Below, piece by piece: positions 44,501-57,649 of a stretch of 64,000 bases of DNA; the first letter of the stretch is position 1, and every line of letters begins with the position of its first letter. The notes below the pieces were generated by a model, which was given only the letters and a program-made list of their open reading frames with translations, had not been told where the DNA came from and ran no database searches. This DNA comes from Azolla caroliniana (lineage: Eukaryota; Plantae; Polypodiophyta): positions 3,472,001-3,536,000 of the forward strand of contig JBHGNT010000015.1 of assembly GCA_043228905.1 (NCBI GenBank). The letters are read 5' to 3'. A program made the translations under genes and the position numbers.

Positions 44501-47212
44501 TCGTCAACCACAACGTCGCGGCTGACACGCGCTTGTTTGGTGCGAGGGTTATAGCACTTATAACCCTTCTGCTCGTCCGAGTAACCGACCAAGTTGCATT
44601 TCTCGACCTTTGCGTCCAGCTTCCTCCTTTTCTCCTTCGGTACATGCACATACGCAATGCTACCAAACACCCTCAAGTGTCGCAAGTTCGGCTTTGTTCC
44701 GAAATATAGCTCGTGCGCCGACACTTTGTCTCCGATCCGGTTCTGAATGTATACCGCGGTCCTTACCGCCTCGGCCCAATAGAACATGGGCAAGCTCTTC
44801 TCCTCCAGCATTGCCCGTGCCGCTTCCACAACTGATCGATTCTTTCTCTCGGCCATGCCGTTCTGCTCTGGCGTGTATCTACAACTGAATTCGCGGCGAA
44901 TTCCCATTTGTTGTAGGTAACCGTTGAATTGACCGGAAAAGTACTCTTTCCCGCCATCCGACCGCAGGCACTTGATCTTTCGTCCCATTTCGGTTTCCAC
45001 GAACCCTTTGAGGTCCCGAAAACAGTCGAAGACTTCGCTCTTCCTCTCAATGAGGTAGATCCACGTGTGCCGCATGTGGTCGTCGATGAAGGAGACGAAA
45101 TATCGGCTCCTGCCAAGACTAACGTTTTGTGTCGGCCCCCACACATCCGAGTGTATAAGGTCGAGCTTGTTCCGGCTCCGGTTTCGCTCGTTGGGGAAAG
45201 GAAGTCGGTGTTGCTTCCCGAGCTGGCAGGCTTCACAAATTTGTGCCTTTCGGCCACTAAACTTGGGCAATCCGAACACTACCTGTTTCGATTGCAGATC
45301 TTGAAGCCGCTGGTGGTTGACGTGGCCTATCCGCTTGTGCCACAAGTCGATGTCCGACTCGGTCTTTTGTCCCTTTGCGAACATTACGGTGCCGCCGTCA
45401 GTGGAGTCGAGGATGAACATCCTCCTGTCTCTGCGCCCTTGCGCAATCACTCGACCTTCTTCCTCAATGAAGCACCAGAGGTGTGTAAACCGAACCTCCA
45501 TCCCTTGGTCGACGATCTGTCCGACCGAGACCAAGTTCTTCGTGATTGTCGGAACGTGCAGCACGTTCATGAGTTTCCCTTTCTGCCCGACATGGCTAAG
45601 GGGAACTTCTCCGACATTTGCGATCAGATGCGGAGTGTCGTCTCCAGTTGCGACTACTCCAGGTTGTATCGGTTTTTCAAGGTACGAGAACCACTCCTTA
45701 TGGCTCGTCATGTGGTTTGACGCACCGGAGTCTACGTACCACACCTCGTCCGATCTGGGGGTGTTCTATTTCATTGAGTTTGCTTCGTGTCTCGTCACGA
45801 AGACAGACCCTTCTCCGGCTCTCCCGGAGTCTTCGGCGTAGTGTGATCGTTGCCGATTTTCCTTGTCGGTATGTCTGGAGCCGTTCCCAGAACCAGTTCT
45901 CTCCGAATCGGCGCGCTTCTTCCAGCACTCACTTTCCCTGTGGCCTTTCTTGCCATAGTACCAGCACTCCGCGATGGACTTCCCTTGCTGGTTCTCATCG
46001 CTTCGACTCCCCCTGTTTCCGGAGGGTCCGGAGTTGTTGTCGGCATCACTTCGGTGCCTTCTTTCTTGATCTCATCGACCGCCTCTATTGCGTGCCAACT
46101 CGCCTCGTCCTCCAAGTCCACGGGGCCTATCTCCCTCTGTGTACAGCATTCTGTTGTCGGTGTGCGTGCTTGTAGACGCACCCGCATGGTTCTCCTCTAC
46201 CAGGAGCATCGATTGTAAGTCGAAAAAGGACGGCGTATTCTCCCGGGTACACACAGCCGTTCGGAACGCTCCGAACTTCGACGCCAAACCTCCGAGACAG
46301 ATCTGGACCATCTCGCTCTCCTCGATGTTCACCTCTATGGAGGTGAGGGAGTCGCAAATATCCTTGATCTTCGAGGTATAGTCCGCCACCGACAAGTCGC
46401 GTTGTCGTAGGTTGCTCAACTCCTGTCGGAGCTGAAGCTTCCTGGCTGTGGTGCTCGCGGCAAAAATCTTCTTCAGATTTTCCCACGCACCCTTTGGCGT
46501 CTTTGCATCCCGAACATAGCTCAATAGTTGTTCGCCCACACACGACGCGAAGCAGTATAATACCCTGCTCGCCAATTGCTCCCACGACGGGAAGTCTCTG
46601 TGTGTCGATTCGGGTGCCGCGTCATTAGCTCCTTCGACATAACTCCAGTAGTCGTGCCCGAGCAGGTACTGGTGCATCTTGTAGGACCAAGACGCGTAGT
46701 TGGTTCTGTCGAGCTTCTCTGTTCGAAGCGAGCTCGCCATGCCTCTATTCATCGTTCTTCTTGTTCTTCTTCGTCAAGCTGTGTCGGCTGCAGAGAGGTT
46801 CTCAACCCTCGCGCTCTGATACGATGTAAAAAGTCACGTGCGGAAGCAAGTATGAAGACCGAACAGAAGGAATGAAAAACAGGTTCAATGGAGAGCTTGA
46901 GCTTAAGCGGTATACGCGGGAGAGACAAAGAGAGAGAAACACAAAAAACTATATTCAATAGTAGTACTCAATCTGTACATAAGACGTGCTCAGTGAGCAC
47001 TTTTATACAAGTCCTAGAAGGACTGACCAAAGTACTAACAGTACTTCAATGCTCATCAAGAGCCCCTACACTAACTCCCAAGTATATTCCTCACGGAATA
47101 TCTTTCCTAACGACCTCCCGGTTTACGCACTCGGCCTAACCGATCGGTCCCAACCGATCCGGTCCTCGACTTCTTCAGCCGATCCGGCCGATGTTGAGCT
47201 TGTCTCTCAACA
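41570..47212 (-). mobile_element. Ty1/copia element I (5643 bp, related to B/C) inserted in H integrase
   Basis: 388-bp LTRs 41570-41957 and 46825-47212, perfect TSD ATCCG, mutated Met-i PBS, PPT. Confidence 0.96.
41952..46740 (-). pseudogene. pol: I gag-pol, frameshifted
   Basis: EKLDRTNYASWSYKM, WYVDSGAS, HSDVWGP, LYVDDL and RTKHIEVHYHF. Confidence 0.92.
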
Positions 47213-48659
47213 ATCCGTATGCACCAACTCCAGTGGTGCATTACGTCTCATCGGTGACCTTGATCGGAAAGAGGTGCGGTTTTGCTTGCCAGCCAGACAA
47301 TCAGTGCACTTCTCCAAGTGCACGTTCTTCACTGGAATGAGGTTGTTGTCTGCAAGCCTCTTCATCCCCTTCTCGCTCATATGACACAACCTCTTGTGCC
47401 ACAGCTCACCGGCAGTGTCGGATGCCACATTAACTTCTTCCGGACATAACCGGGCATTCATCAGGTACAGTGTGTTTACCTTCCGGGCCTGAGCCACAAT
47501 CAGGCTCCCTTTGCTGAACTTCATGACACCGTTCCGGATGCTACCCGTGTAGCCTTCATCATCTAGCCGACCAACTGATATCAGGTTCAGACGAACCTCC
47601 GGAACGTGTCGGACATCCTTCAGCAGCAACATGCACCCGGTTGGTGTTGTCAGCCACACGTCTCCTATGCCGACAATTCCCCATCCGGACATAGCATTTC
47701 CGGTCCGAGGTAAGGTGGAACGACGCTCCGGAGTCTATCACCCAGGTCGTCTCGTCGCCGGCAAGGTTTATCTCACTCTCCTCGGTGATGAGCGTCAACT
47801 CTTCTTCACTTGCCGCAATTGCCGTTGTTCCCTTCCGGTCCGGCCCCCTACGGTCTTTATCATTCCGGTCCGGGGTCCGCTTCGAATCGGTACCGTTGGT
47901 TTCCTTGTCTTTTCGGAAATGCCGATAGTTCTTTTGGAAGTGTCTCGGCTTGCCACAATAGAAGCAAGTAGGCCTTCCCCTTGACTTTGACCGTGTCCCC
48001 GACTTCTCTCGGTTCTGGGGACTACGGTTTCTATGTCTTCCGCGTTCCGATTCGGTAAGGAGCGCTTTGGAGTCGGAGCTCGTATCTTTGTCTTTCCGAC
48101 GCGCCTCCTCATCTAGCAAGCTCGACTTTACTCTTGCTAGGGATAACCGCTTTCCTTCCGGCCCGGCGTTGCCCAAAATGACAACCAACGTCTCCCAGCT
48201 ATCCGAGAGGGAACCGAGCAGGAGTAGCGCAAGTACCTCATCGGCGAGAGGTACTTCCAATGAAGTTTCCTGGTGGATCAACCCCAGGAAAGCATTCATG
48301 TGCTCCGCCATGCTGGAGCCATCTTGGTAACGGAGTCTTACTAGCTTCCGGAACACCGAAACCTGATTAACGGCATTTTTGTTTTGAAACATAATGTTGA
48401 TCTTCTCCCAGAGCTCATGAGCCTTGCTCTCTTCATTGAAGTTGTTGTATCGGCTCATGTCAATGAAGCACCGTATGTAAGCCGTTGTCTTCATGTGCAT
48501 CACCTCCCATACCGTGGCATCGATTTTGTCCGATCTCTTGTCCCCAAACTGAACCGGCAACCAAAGATCTTTAACCACGAGCATGTCCCTCATCTTCGAC
48601 TTCCATACCGAATAGTTGGAGCCGGTGAGTTTGAACATGCCGCCAAACGATTCGTCCAT
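47213..48659 (-). pseudogene. gag: H gag, protease and INT zinc finger
   Basis: FKLTGSNYSVWKSKM, a decayed knuckle CFYCGKPRHFQKNY, WVIDSGAS and LWHKRLCH. Confidence 0.9.
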
Positions 48660-49393
48660 TTTCTGTGTTGTTTCGCTCTGATACCACTTGTCAGGAACTG
48701 CACGCTCCCTATGCACAACGCTCGGCCACAACCGAGCTTAGAATCATACACAGAAAACGGGAAATAGAGAACGACATGAAGAAGAGACGAGTACGCAGGA
48801 TGTTTACGTGGAAAACCCAAACTAAGGGAAAAACCACGGCAACCCACAGGCTGCAAACTATCACTATGCTAGAATGTACAACAGTGAGTTCACGGAGGCA
48901 ACAACCTCGTGCTCACGATCCTCGCCACAGGCGGCGGTTACAACAGAGGCAACAACCTCTTTCTCTCTCTCTCTCTCTGTACACAGTTCCGCGCTCACTC
49001 TCTCCTTACACCAACAAGAATGACAACAACAACTAAAAGTTTGCCCTAAGTCATATTTATACTAATATGACTTTTCGGCTATTTACAAATATAGCCATAA
49101 TGGACTTTCATAAACATATTTACGAATATGTCTCTTCATCCGGTCTTGACCGGGTCTGCACCATCCGGCTCTCCGTAGCCTGGGACTCCTCATCCGGTTC
49201 TCACCGGGTCTACACCATCCGGCTCTCCGTAGCCGGGTACTCCTCATCCGGTTCTCACCGGGTCTGCACCATCTGGCTCTCCGTAGTCGGGGACTCCTCA
49301 TACAGTTTCGGCCTCGGCCTATCGGCCTTGGCCGAGTTTGTTCATCAGCACTGTTCTTCTCCCTTCCCATCCGGAGGGACTTGTCTCCCAACA

Positions 49394-50014
49394 CGAGTTT
49401 CCGTCGCTCCAATCGCGCCGTTTGTCGAAACGGTTGTAGACCCGTTTTACCACGGCCCAGTTTGTCGTGAGCCCTTCGTCCGTTTCCAATAGGGGACCCA
49501 CCTTTTCCCTGTCGAGCGCATCCACCGACTTGACAAATAGTACTACTCGACTTGTTTCGAGCACCGTCCGGTCCAGCGTCGACAGCCGCGCGAACCGTTT
49601 TTCGAACTCCTGGAGGAGCACCGACGTGTTCCTCCCCTTTCCGGGGCTTTCCACCCACGCCATGAAGTCTCGCCTCGACAACTGAAGTGAGTCGTCAAAC
49701 CCGTACTTCTCGAGGAGCTGCAGCTCGAACTCCTCCCAAGTCTGGCATCCGGCCAGCACCTCGAGTACTTCTGCGTGGATGCCCGGCGTCACCACCCGAG
49801 GGAATCCGGACAGCCGCCTGTCCGTCGAGATATCCCTCATGATCATTTCGGCCCATTAAGCCTCCAAAAAACTTGTGGCGTCTTTCCCTCCGAAACGGCT
49901 CATAGAGCCGACGATCGATTCAATGGCTCTGTCGAGGGTACCCGTCCCCTCACGAGTGCTCACCAGCCGGTCAACGGCCACCGCCATTGCCTCTGCTAGC
50001 TCTGATCCCCTCAT
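49394..50014 (-). pseudogene. gag: G gag N-terminus
   Basis: PGIHAEVLEV, contiguous with 38240 across the H TSD. Confidence 0.85.
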
Positions 50015-50120
50015 ATTTCGACTCCTTTGCCGCCCCGTTCACGTCGGGTTCACCAAATATGCCGTGTTGTTATGCGCATGCATGTAGAAGGGGTGGGACC
50101 ACGGGGGTCTTGAACCGAGG

Positions 50121-50170
<50 letters not shown>

Positions 50171-50737
50171 AGATACGCGGAGCGAGAAGGAGAGATATAG
50201 AACGTAACACTTGATTTCAATAACAAGAGAATACGACTCTGACGGTTACAACCGACAAGGCGGCGATGAACCCGCCCTGGGGATCCTACTCACACACACA
50301 GACAGCACTCGCTCGACTCCCAGAAACAAAACAAAGGGGGAGAGACTCTGCTGCAAGCACACAGGCTGTCCACGAAGCAGAGGCAGTGAGCTCTTGACCC
50401 ACAGAGACCGACGACCGGAGGAGAAGAGAGAGCTCGGCCCTCATATCTGCAGCAGCACTTCGTCCTCCCTAGCGCACGATCCATGTTCCTTCCTTCTCTC
50501 CCTCCTTAAATAGTTCCCCAAAAGGGGTGCCCCTTTTCCTCAGCCAAACTGCTTTATTCCCTGTCCCTGTCGATAGAGATACGCACAAAATTCCCTAATA
50601 AATGTGCACTACCTAGTATTTACACCAGTCGCCCTAATTACGAATTATGTACAATATATCAATCCTCGCGTCCACCCGTGTAAGAGCCGGTTCATGCGCC
50701 TTTTTCTTCGATTCCTCCTATGGCCCTCTTCACAACA

Positions 50738-51685
50738 CCGGGTTGGGGGCAATGAAGGACAGAAAGCGAGCCACTTCGGGTTTTGGCCACTGGTGTTGGA
50801 AGGCCTCTCCGGAGTCCGGTTAAAGAAGGAAGAAGCGAACTGCGCGGAGGAGCGGATCCGGGAGGTCACCAGGTGGGACGACCCGATCGAAGAAAAGTCT
50901 GGCTTCGTAGAAGCTACATGCCAGAACTACGAGGTTCTGGTAGAAGACAAGCGTGTGGGAAAAGCTGGAGGAGCCGGTCCCTCGCAACGGTACGACACCC
51001 GGTTCGGCCCGAAAAGAAGTGACGCCGACGATTCTGGCATACTGGACAAGGCCAAGTCCGCTGAGTACCGGCTGAGCACCGAGATAGAAAGAATGACGAA
51101 CCTGCAGAAGGTCCTCGAAGAGCAGATCCTTGACAGCAAGGTGGAGTTGTCGCTGAGGGAGGTGCTCAGAATCGCCAAGAAGGAGTTCCAAGACTCCATT
51201 GTGGACTTGGTGAAGCGCAAACGGCTCTCCACAGAACCGGAACCGGAGAAGCCCGTAGAGGTGCGGACTACGCACTTAGAGGATGCGGCCCTAGAGGACG
51301 AGTTGGCGGAAAGCCATTATTCTAAGTTACACTGGGCCAGAGCCACTACCGAGACCCCCGTCCGGGTCAGGGATGTGCAAGAGCCGGTAGTGGCACTAAT
51401 AGACCATGGATCCAAGATCAATCTGATGTCCATGGACTTTTACAAAAAGGGGAAATGGCCGATCAACACCAAACACAGATGGAAGATACGCACGGCGACC
51501 CGCGCTACAGAGGAGCTGCACGGGGCGTGTCCGAACATACGCGTGAAGATCGGCAACGTCGAGATAGACCAACACTTTTTTGTGCAAGAGACGTCCTCAC
51601 ACCCAGTGATACTCGGCGAACCGTACATCACGGCAGCACGCATGGAGACAAAGGTGCTCGACAATGGCTCGGCATACGCGCGCGT
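50738..51685 (+). pseudogene. gag: F gag C-terminus and protease
   Basis: Continues the YAASAG reading from 20409. ALIDHGSKIN. Confidence 0.85.
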
Positions 51686-53733
51686 TGTCGCGTTACTACG
51701 CGCGTGCGTGGAGAAACGAGGCGGGACCACCGGGGTCTTGAACCAAAGAGCAGGTGATAGAAGGGGAAAGAGAAAGAGAGAGACGCTCGGTTACGTATGA
51801 GCAACGAAACACAGGGACACGGCCCTATCAACGTAGAAGACACGAACGGACACAGAGACAGAGAGACACGAATGTTTGTATATTAATGAATGACAAATAA
51901 ACAACAGAGCACGTGAGCGGTTACAACCGAACAGGCCGGCGGACAGATGCCGATGCCTGCTCGTCTGCGCACGAAAGGGGATAGGATGGCGGTGATGCCG
52001 GAAGCACACGGGCGTTCATCGAAGCAGCGCGAGCCTCCCGAAAATCTGCAGAGAAGAGCGATGGAGAACGAACAGAGGAGAAGCGTTCGATTACGGTCCG
52101 ACAACACTTCGTCCTCCTCAATAATATAATGCCCCCCCGTCTCCCCGCATCTCCCTCTCTTTTATATCTTCAAGAAGGGAGCCGTTTCCCTCATTAACTT
52201 CCTACCTACCGAATATACCTTTGTACCTAATTCTCTATTATATACATTAAACGGCGCGCACACGTGAAGAGCCGGTTCACGCGCGCTATGCACTGATTAC
52301 GCTAAGAGACGGTTTTCTTCACGACATCCACCCCCACCTAACTGCGCATCCACTGGTTGGAGAAAACCGGTCCGGGTTCCGGTTCCTCGTCCATCGGTTC
52401 GTCCTCCGTTTCGGACTGTTCGTCGTCGCTGTCCAGGCCTCTTAGATCCGGTTCGCCGTCGTGGCGCTTCATGAACGCTTTGATCCGCTTCCCTGCTACC
52501 GGTATCGCCATCCTCGTACCGTCGAGTTCCGCCAGGTGACACATCCCGTTGTCGTTGGCGCTCATTACCACGTAAGGCCCGAACCACCGCTTTGCAAACT
52601 TCCGTGTTGCCCGGTGCTGGTTGTCGAGGCTGTTGTCGTAGACTAGCACCCAATCGCCTTCCTCAATTTTCTTTGGTCGGAGCCGGTGCGTTCGGTCAAA
52701 CCGGGCTTTGTTCCTCATCCTCGTTGTCCGAAGTCTCTCCGCCGCTCGTTCCACGTCCTCTGGCCTCCGCTCGAGCTACCGTATACGCGCCGCTAGCAGT
52801 TCTTCCCGGCTCATCTCGTCTCTCCAATCCACTGTCGCCCAAGAGGAGATCGTTCGTTCCATCGGCATGACCGGCTTCTGTCCGAACATGAGCTCTAACG
52901 GCATGAACCCGGTTACCGAACTGTGCGTTCTCCGGTCCGCCCACAAGGCATAAGGTAACAGTCGTGGCCAGTTCCCGACCTGGCCTCCGCACGCCCAGAC
53001 TAGCGCTTTGACGATCGGTCCGTGTCCGCGCTCCACCTTCCCGTTCGCCTCCGGATTGTACGCTGTGGTGAGCGAGAGCTTGACCCCTAACCGGTCGAAC
53101 AGCTCCTTGGCCTCTTCGGCGTCCAACTCCCCGCGGTCAGCCACGATCTTCCCGACACACCCGTACCGGCATATCACGTCCTCGATCAGGAACCGACACA
53201 CGGCCGCGGTCGTTTTGTTCTGCAGGGCTCGGCCTTCCACCTGGTTCGTCAGGTCCTCCCGGGCCAGCACCAAATATCGCATCTGCCCTACGCCCATCGG
53301 CATCGTCACCAAATCTACCATCCATTTGAAGTTGATGGCCGGAGGGTATGTAGGGTGAAGCTCGTCCCGATGTCGGACTATGGAGTGTATCTGACAGCTC
53401 TCACAAGTTGTCACAAACCGATGCACGTCCCGGTATAGTCCCGGCCACCAGTACTTCCCCTTTAGTTTCTCGAACGTGGCCCACGTCCCACGGTGTCCAG
53501 CCCAGGGGCTGTCGTGGTAGGCCTTCAGCAACTCCTCCTGTTCCTCCTCCATCGCCACTACTCGGAGCGGGATGTCGTTTCTCTTCTTCGGGTGCTTCCA
53601 CAAGTATCCGTCCCGGAGAAAGAATCGGTATGCTTTCTTCCGGATCCGGTTGGCCTCGTTCTTTGTCCATGACGCGTCCGGCGTCATCGTCCTCAAGAAT
53701 CCCCCAATCTGCAGCCACTCCCCGTCGTACTTG
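51686..53733 (-). mobile_element. Truncated gypsy J: 3' LTR 51686-52326, PPT and integrase
   Basis: LTR termini TGTCG/CGACA. INT ORFs 52776-53733 and 52338-52754. Confidence 0.9.
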
Positions 53734-54279
53734 TGTTGGGAGACAGGTCCCTCCGGATGTGAAGGGAGAAGAACAGTGCCGATGAACAAACTCGGCCGAG
53801 GCTGATAGGCCTCGGCCGAAACCGTATGAGGTGTACCCGGCTACGGAGAGCCGGATGATACAGACCCGGTGAAGACCGGATGAGGAGTACCCGGTTACGG
53901 AGAGCCGGATGAGGAGTACCCGGTTACAGAGAGCCGGATGATACAGACCCGGTGAAGACTGGATGAGGAGTACCCGGCTACGGAGAGCCGGATGATAGAG
54001 ACCCGGTGAAGACCGGATGAGGAGTACCCGGTTACGGAGAGCCGGATGATACAGACCCGGTAAAGACCGGATGAGGAGTACTCGGTTACGGAGAACCGGA
54101 TGGTACAGACCCGGTGAGAACCGGACGAAGAGACATATTCATAAATATGTTTCTGAGAGCCCATCGAGGCTATATTTGTAAATAGCCTAAAAGTCATATT
54201 AGTATAAATATGACTTAGGGCAAACTTTTTTGTGGTTGTTGTCATTTTCTGTTTTGCACGAGATTAGTGTGCGTAACTG

Positions 54280-54320
<41 letters not shown>

Positions 54321-55766
54321 GTCGTTGCCTCTGTTGTAACCGCCACTTGTGGCGAAGACTTGTGAGCACGAGGTCGGTGCCTCAGTGAACTCACTGTTGT
54401 ATATTCCTACATAGTGACAGTTTGCAGCCTGTGGGCTGCCGTGGTTTTTTCCCCTAGTTTGGGGTTTTCCACGCAAACCTCCTGTGTATTCTCCTCTTCT
54501 TTTTGTCGTGTTTTATTTCCCGTTTTTCTGTGTATCATTCTACGCTCGGTTGTGGCCGAGCGTTGCGCATAAGGAACGCCCAGTTCCCGTCAAGTGGTAT
54601 CAGAGCGAGACAACACAAAAGATGGACGAATCGTTTGGCGGCATGTTCAAGCTCACCGGCTCCAACTATTCGGTGTGGAAGTCGAAGATGAGGGACATGC
54701 TCGTGGTTAAAGACCTATGGCTGCCGGTTCAGTTCGGGGACAAGAGACCGGACAAAATCGACGCCGCGATATGGGAGGTGATGCACATGAAGACAACGGC
54801 GTACATACGGTGCTTCATCAACATGAGCCTATACAACAACTTCAATGAAGAGAGCAAGGCTCATGAGCTCTGGGAGAAGATCGGCATAATGTTTCAAAAC
54901 CAAAATGCTGTTAATCAGGTTACGGTATTCCGGAAGCTAGTAAGACTCTGGTACCAAGATGGCTCCAGCATGGCGGAGCATATGAATGCCTTCCAGGGGC
55001 TGAACCTGATATCAGCTAGTCGGCTAGATGATGAAGGCTACACGGGTAGCATCCGGAACGGTATCATGAAGTTCAGGAAAGGGAGCCTGATTGTGGCTCG
55101 GGCCCGGAAGGTAAACACACTGTACCTGATGAATGCCCGGTTATGTCTGGAAGAAGTGAACGTGGCATTCGACACTGCCGGTGAGCTGTGGCACAAGAGG
55201 TTGTGTCATATGAGTGAAAAGGGGATGAAGAGGCTTGCAGACGACAACCTCATTCCAGTGAAGAACGTGCACTTACAGAAGTGCACTGATTGTTTGGCCG
55301 GTAAGCAGAACCGGACCTCCTTCCGACCAAGGCCACCGATGAGACGTAATGCACCATTGGAGTTGGTGCATACGGATGTGTGTCAGGTAGACATGAAGTC
55401 ACATGCCGGAGCGCAGTACTTCGTGACGTTCATAGATGACCACAGCCGGAAGCTGTGGGCCACACCGTTGAAGACGAAGGATCAAGTGTTATCCGTCTTC
55501 AAAGAGCTCCACGCGAGAGTGGAAAGAGAAACCGGCCGGAAGCTGAAGGCGGTTCGAGCAGATAACGGAGGAGAGTACCAGGGGCAGTTCGAGGAGTATT
55601 GCCGCTCGAAGGGAATCCGGCTCGAATTTACCGTGCCGAAGACGCCGGAACTAAACGGACTAGCCGAGAGGATGAACCGGACCATAATGAAGAGGGTCCG
55701 GAGTATGCTAGCGCATGCAAAACTACCCAAGAAGTTTTGGGCTGAGGCATTGTCGACGGCGACATT
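53734..55766 (+). mobile_element. Truncated copia K (H family): 5' LTR 53734-54592, Met-i PBS, internally deleted gag-INT
   Basis: Homologous to the reverse complement of H. TGGTATCAGAGC at 54595-54606; ORF from 54622. Confidence 0.9.
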
Positions 55767-57510
55767 AATTAAGCGGCAACGAGGATACGCCCAAATTAAG
55801 CGCAAGCTATGGGGTATCATTTCGGCAGTCAAGGCCGACAAGGACTATCTGATTGGGACGGCGTACATCAAGTCCCTGAACCCGGAGATACGGCACATCT
55901 CTAGAAAGGATAATGCCATGGCCGATATTCTTTGAAGGGCGCGGTTCAGTGACGAGGGCGGCATGGTTTCGGAGAACGAAGAAGTCGACGAGGACTTCTT
56001 CAGGTCAGCTAATGTGGCAACTAGGACGAGGGGCACTCCGGCACTTAACGAGTTCGACGAGAGCGAATATGACGGGGAGTGGCTCCAAATAGGAAGGTTC
56101 CTGCGGATGATGACGCCGAACACGGCGTGGACTAGAGAAGAGGCCAATCGGGTGCGGAAGAAGGCATACCGATTCTTCCTACGAGGAGGACGCATATGGA
56201 GGCATCCGAAGAAGCATAGCGGCACCCCACTCCGCGTAGTGGCGAGGGAAGACGAGCAGAAAGTGTTTCTTACGGCATATCACGAGAGTCCTTGGGCCGG
56301 ACACCATGGGACGTGGGCCACATTCGAGAAGCTCAAGGGTAAGTATTGGTGGCCGGGGCTGTACCGGGACGTGCATCATTTTGTGACAACCTGTAAGAAT
56401 TGCCAAATGCACTCTACAGTCCGGCATCAAGACGAGCTTCATCCAACCTACCCACCGACCGTCCACTTCAAATGGATGGTGGATTTAGTGACTATGCCGA
56501 TGGGGGTAGGACAGATGCGATATCTGGTGCTGGCTCGGGAGGACCTGACGAACCAGGTGGAAGGCCGAGCATTGCAGAACAAAATGACCGCGGTTGTGTG
56601 CCGATTTCTAATCGAAGAAGTGGTGTGCCAGTACGGGTGCGTGGGAAAGATCGTGGCCGACCGCGGAGAACTAGACGCGCGAGAGGCTGAAGAGTTGTTT
56701 GACCGACTGGGGGTCAAACTCTCCCTCACTACGATGTACAATCCGGAGGCCAACGAGAAGGTAGAGCGTGGTCACGGGCCCGTTGTGAAGGCGTTAGTAC
56801 GTGCATGTGAAGGACAGGTCGGGAATTGGCCGCGGCTCCTTCCTTACACACTATGGGCGGATCGAACTACGCACAGTTAGGTGATTGGGTTCATGCCAGC
56901 GGAGCTGATGTACGGGCAGAAGCCAATCATGCCGGCGGAGAAAACGATCACTTCGTGGGCCGCGATGGACTGGAAGGACGAGATGAGCCGGGAAGAGTTG
57001 TTGGCAGCAAGGATCCAACAACTCGAGCGAAAACCGGAGGACGTGGAGCGGGCGAAGGAAAGGCTACGTATAGCACGAGAAAGGAACAAAGGTTAGTTCG
57101 ACCGTACTCACCGACTGAGGCCGAGGAAGATCGAGGAAGGTGACTGGGTGCTGGTGTACGACAGTAGCCTCAACAACCAGCACAAGGCGGTGCGTAAGTT
57201 TGCAAGGAGGTGGTTCGGGCCCTATGCGGTAATGAGTGCGAACGACAACGGCACGTACCATCTCGCGGAGCTCGACGGGACACGGATGGCGGTGCCGGTA
57301 GCGGGAAAAAGGGTCAAGGTATTCAAGAAGCGCAAGAGGAAGAGCCAGACCCGGAATGCGCGACTGACGAGGACGACCGGCTCGAAACGAATGATGATTC
57401 GGGCAGCGACGGGTGATAGTGGGCCGGTTTTCTCCGACAAGTGTTGTATCTGGCGCGTACCGGTGGACGCGCAGTTTGGTGGGGGTGGATATCGTGGAGA
57501 AAACCGTCCC
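55767..57510 (+). pseudogene. pol: F pol remnant (RH C-terminus and integrase)
   Basis: RQRGYAQIKR, WMVDLV and WFGPY. Followed by a PPT and an F-type LTR at 57490. Confidence 0.85.
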
Positions 57511-57649
57511 TAGGAGGAAACGAGAGAAACCATGCACGAACCGGCCCTTCCGTGTGTGGACGTGTGAATTGATAACTTATACATAATTATGTGTAGGGCG
57601 GCTGATGTAAATATACTAAGTGCAACACATTTATTAGGAAATCTTCCGG

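Larger units (their letters stand above)
38241..49393 (-). mobile_element. Ty1/copia element H (Tork/Tnt1-like, tentative)
   Basis: LTRs 38241-39001 and 48689-49393, TSD CGAGC/CGAGT, Met-i PBS 48675-48686, PPT 39002-39011. Confidence 0.93.
20410..50737 (-). mobile_element. Ty3/gypsy element G inserted in F gag; hosts E/D and H/I
   Basis: 3' LTR 20410-21041 (outer ~40 bp deleted) and 5' LTR 50060-50737, Trp PBS, PPT 21042-21053. F gag resumes at CCGG 50738. Confidence 0.9.
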
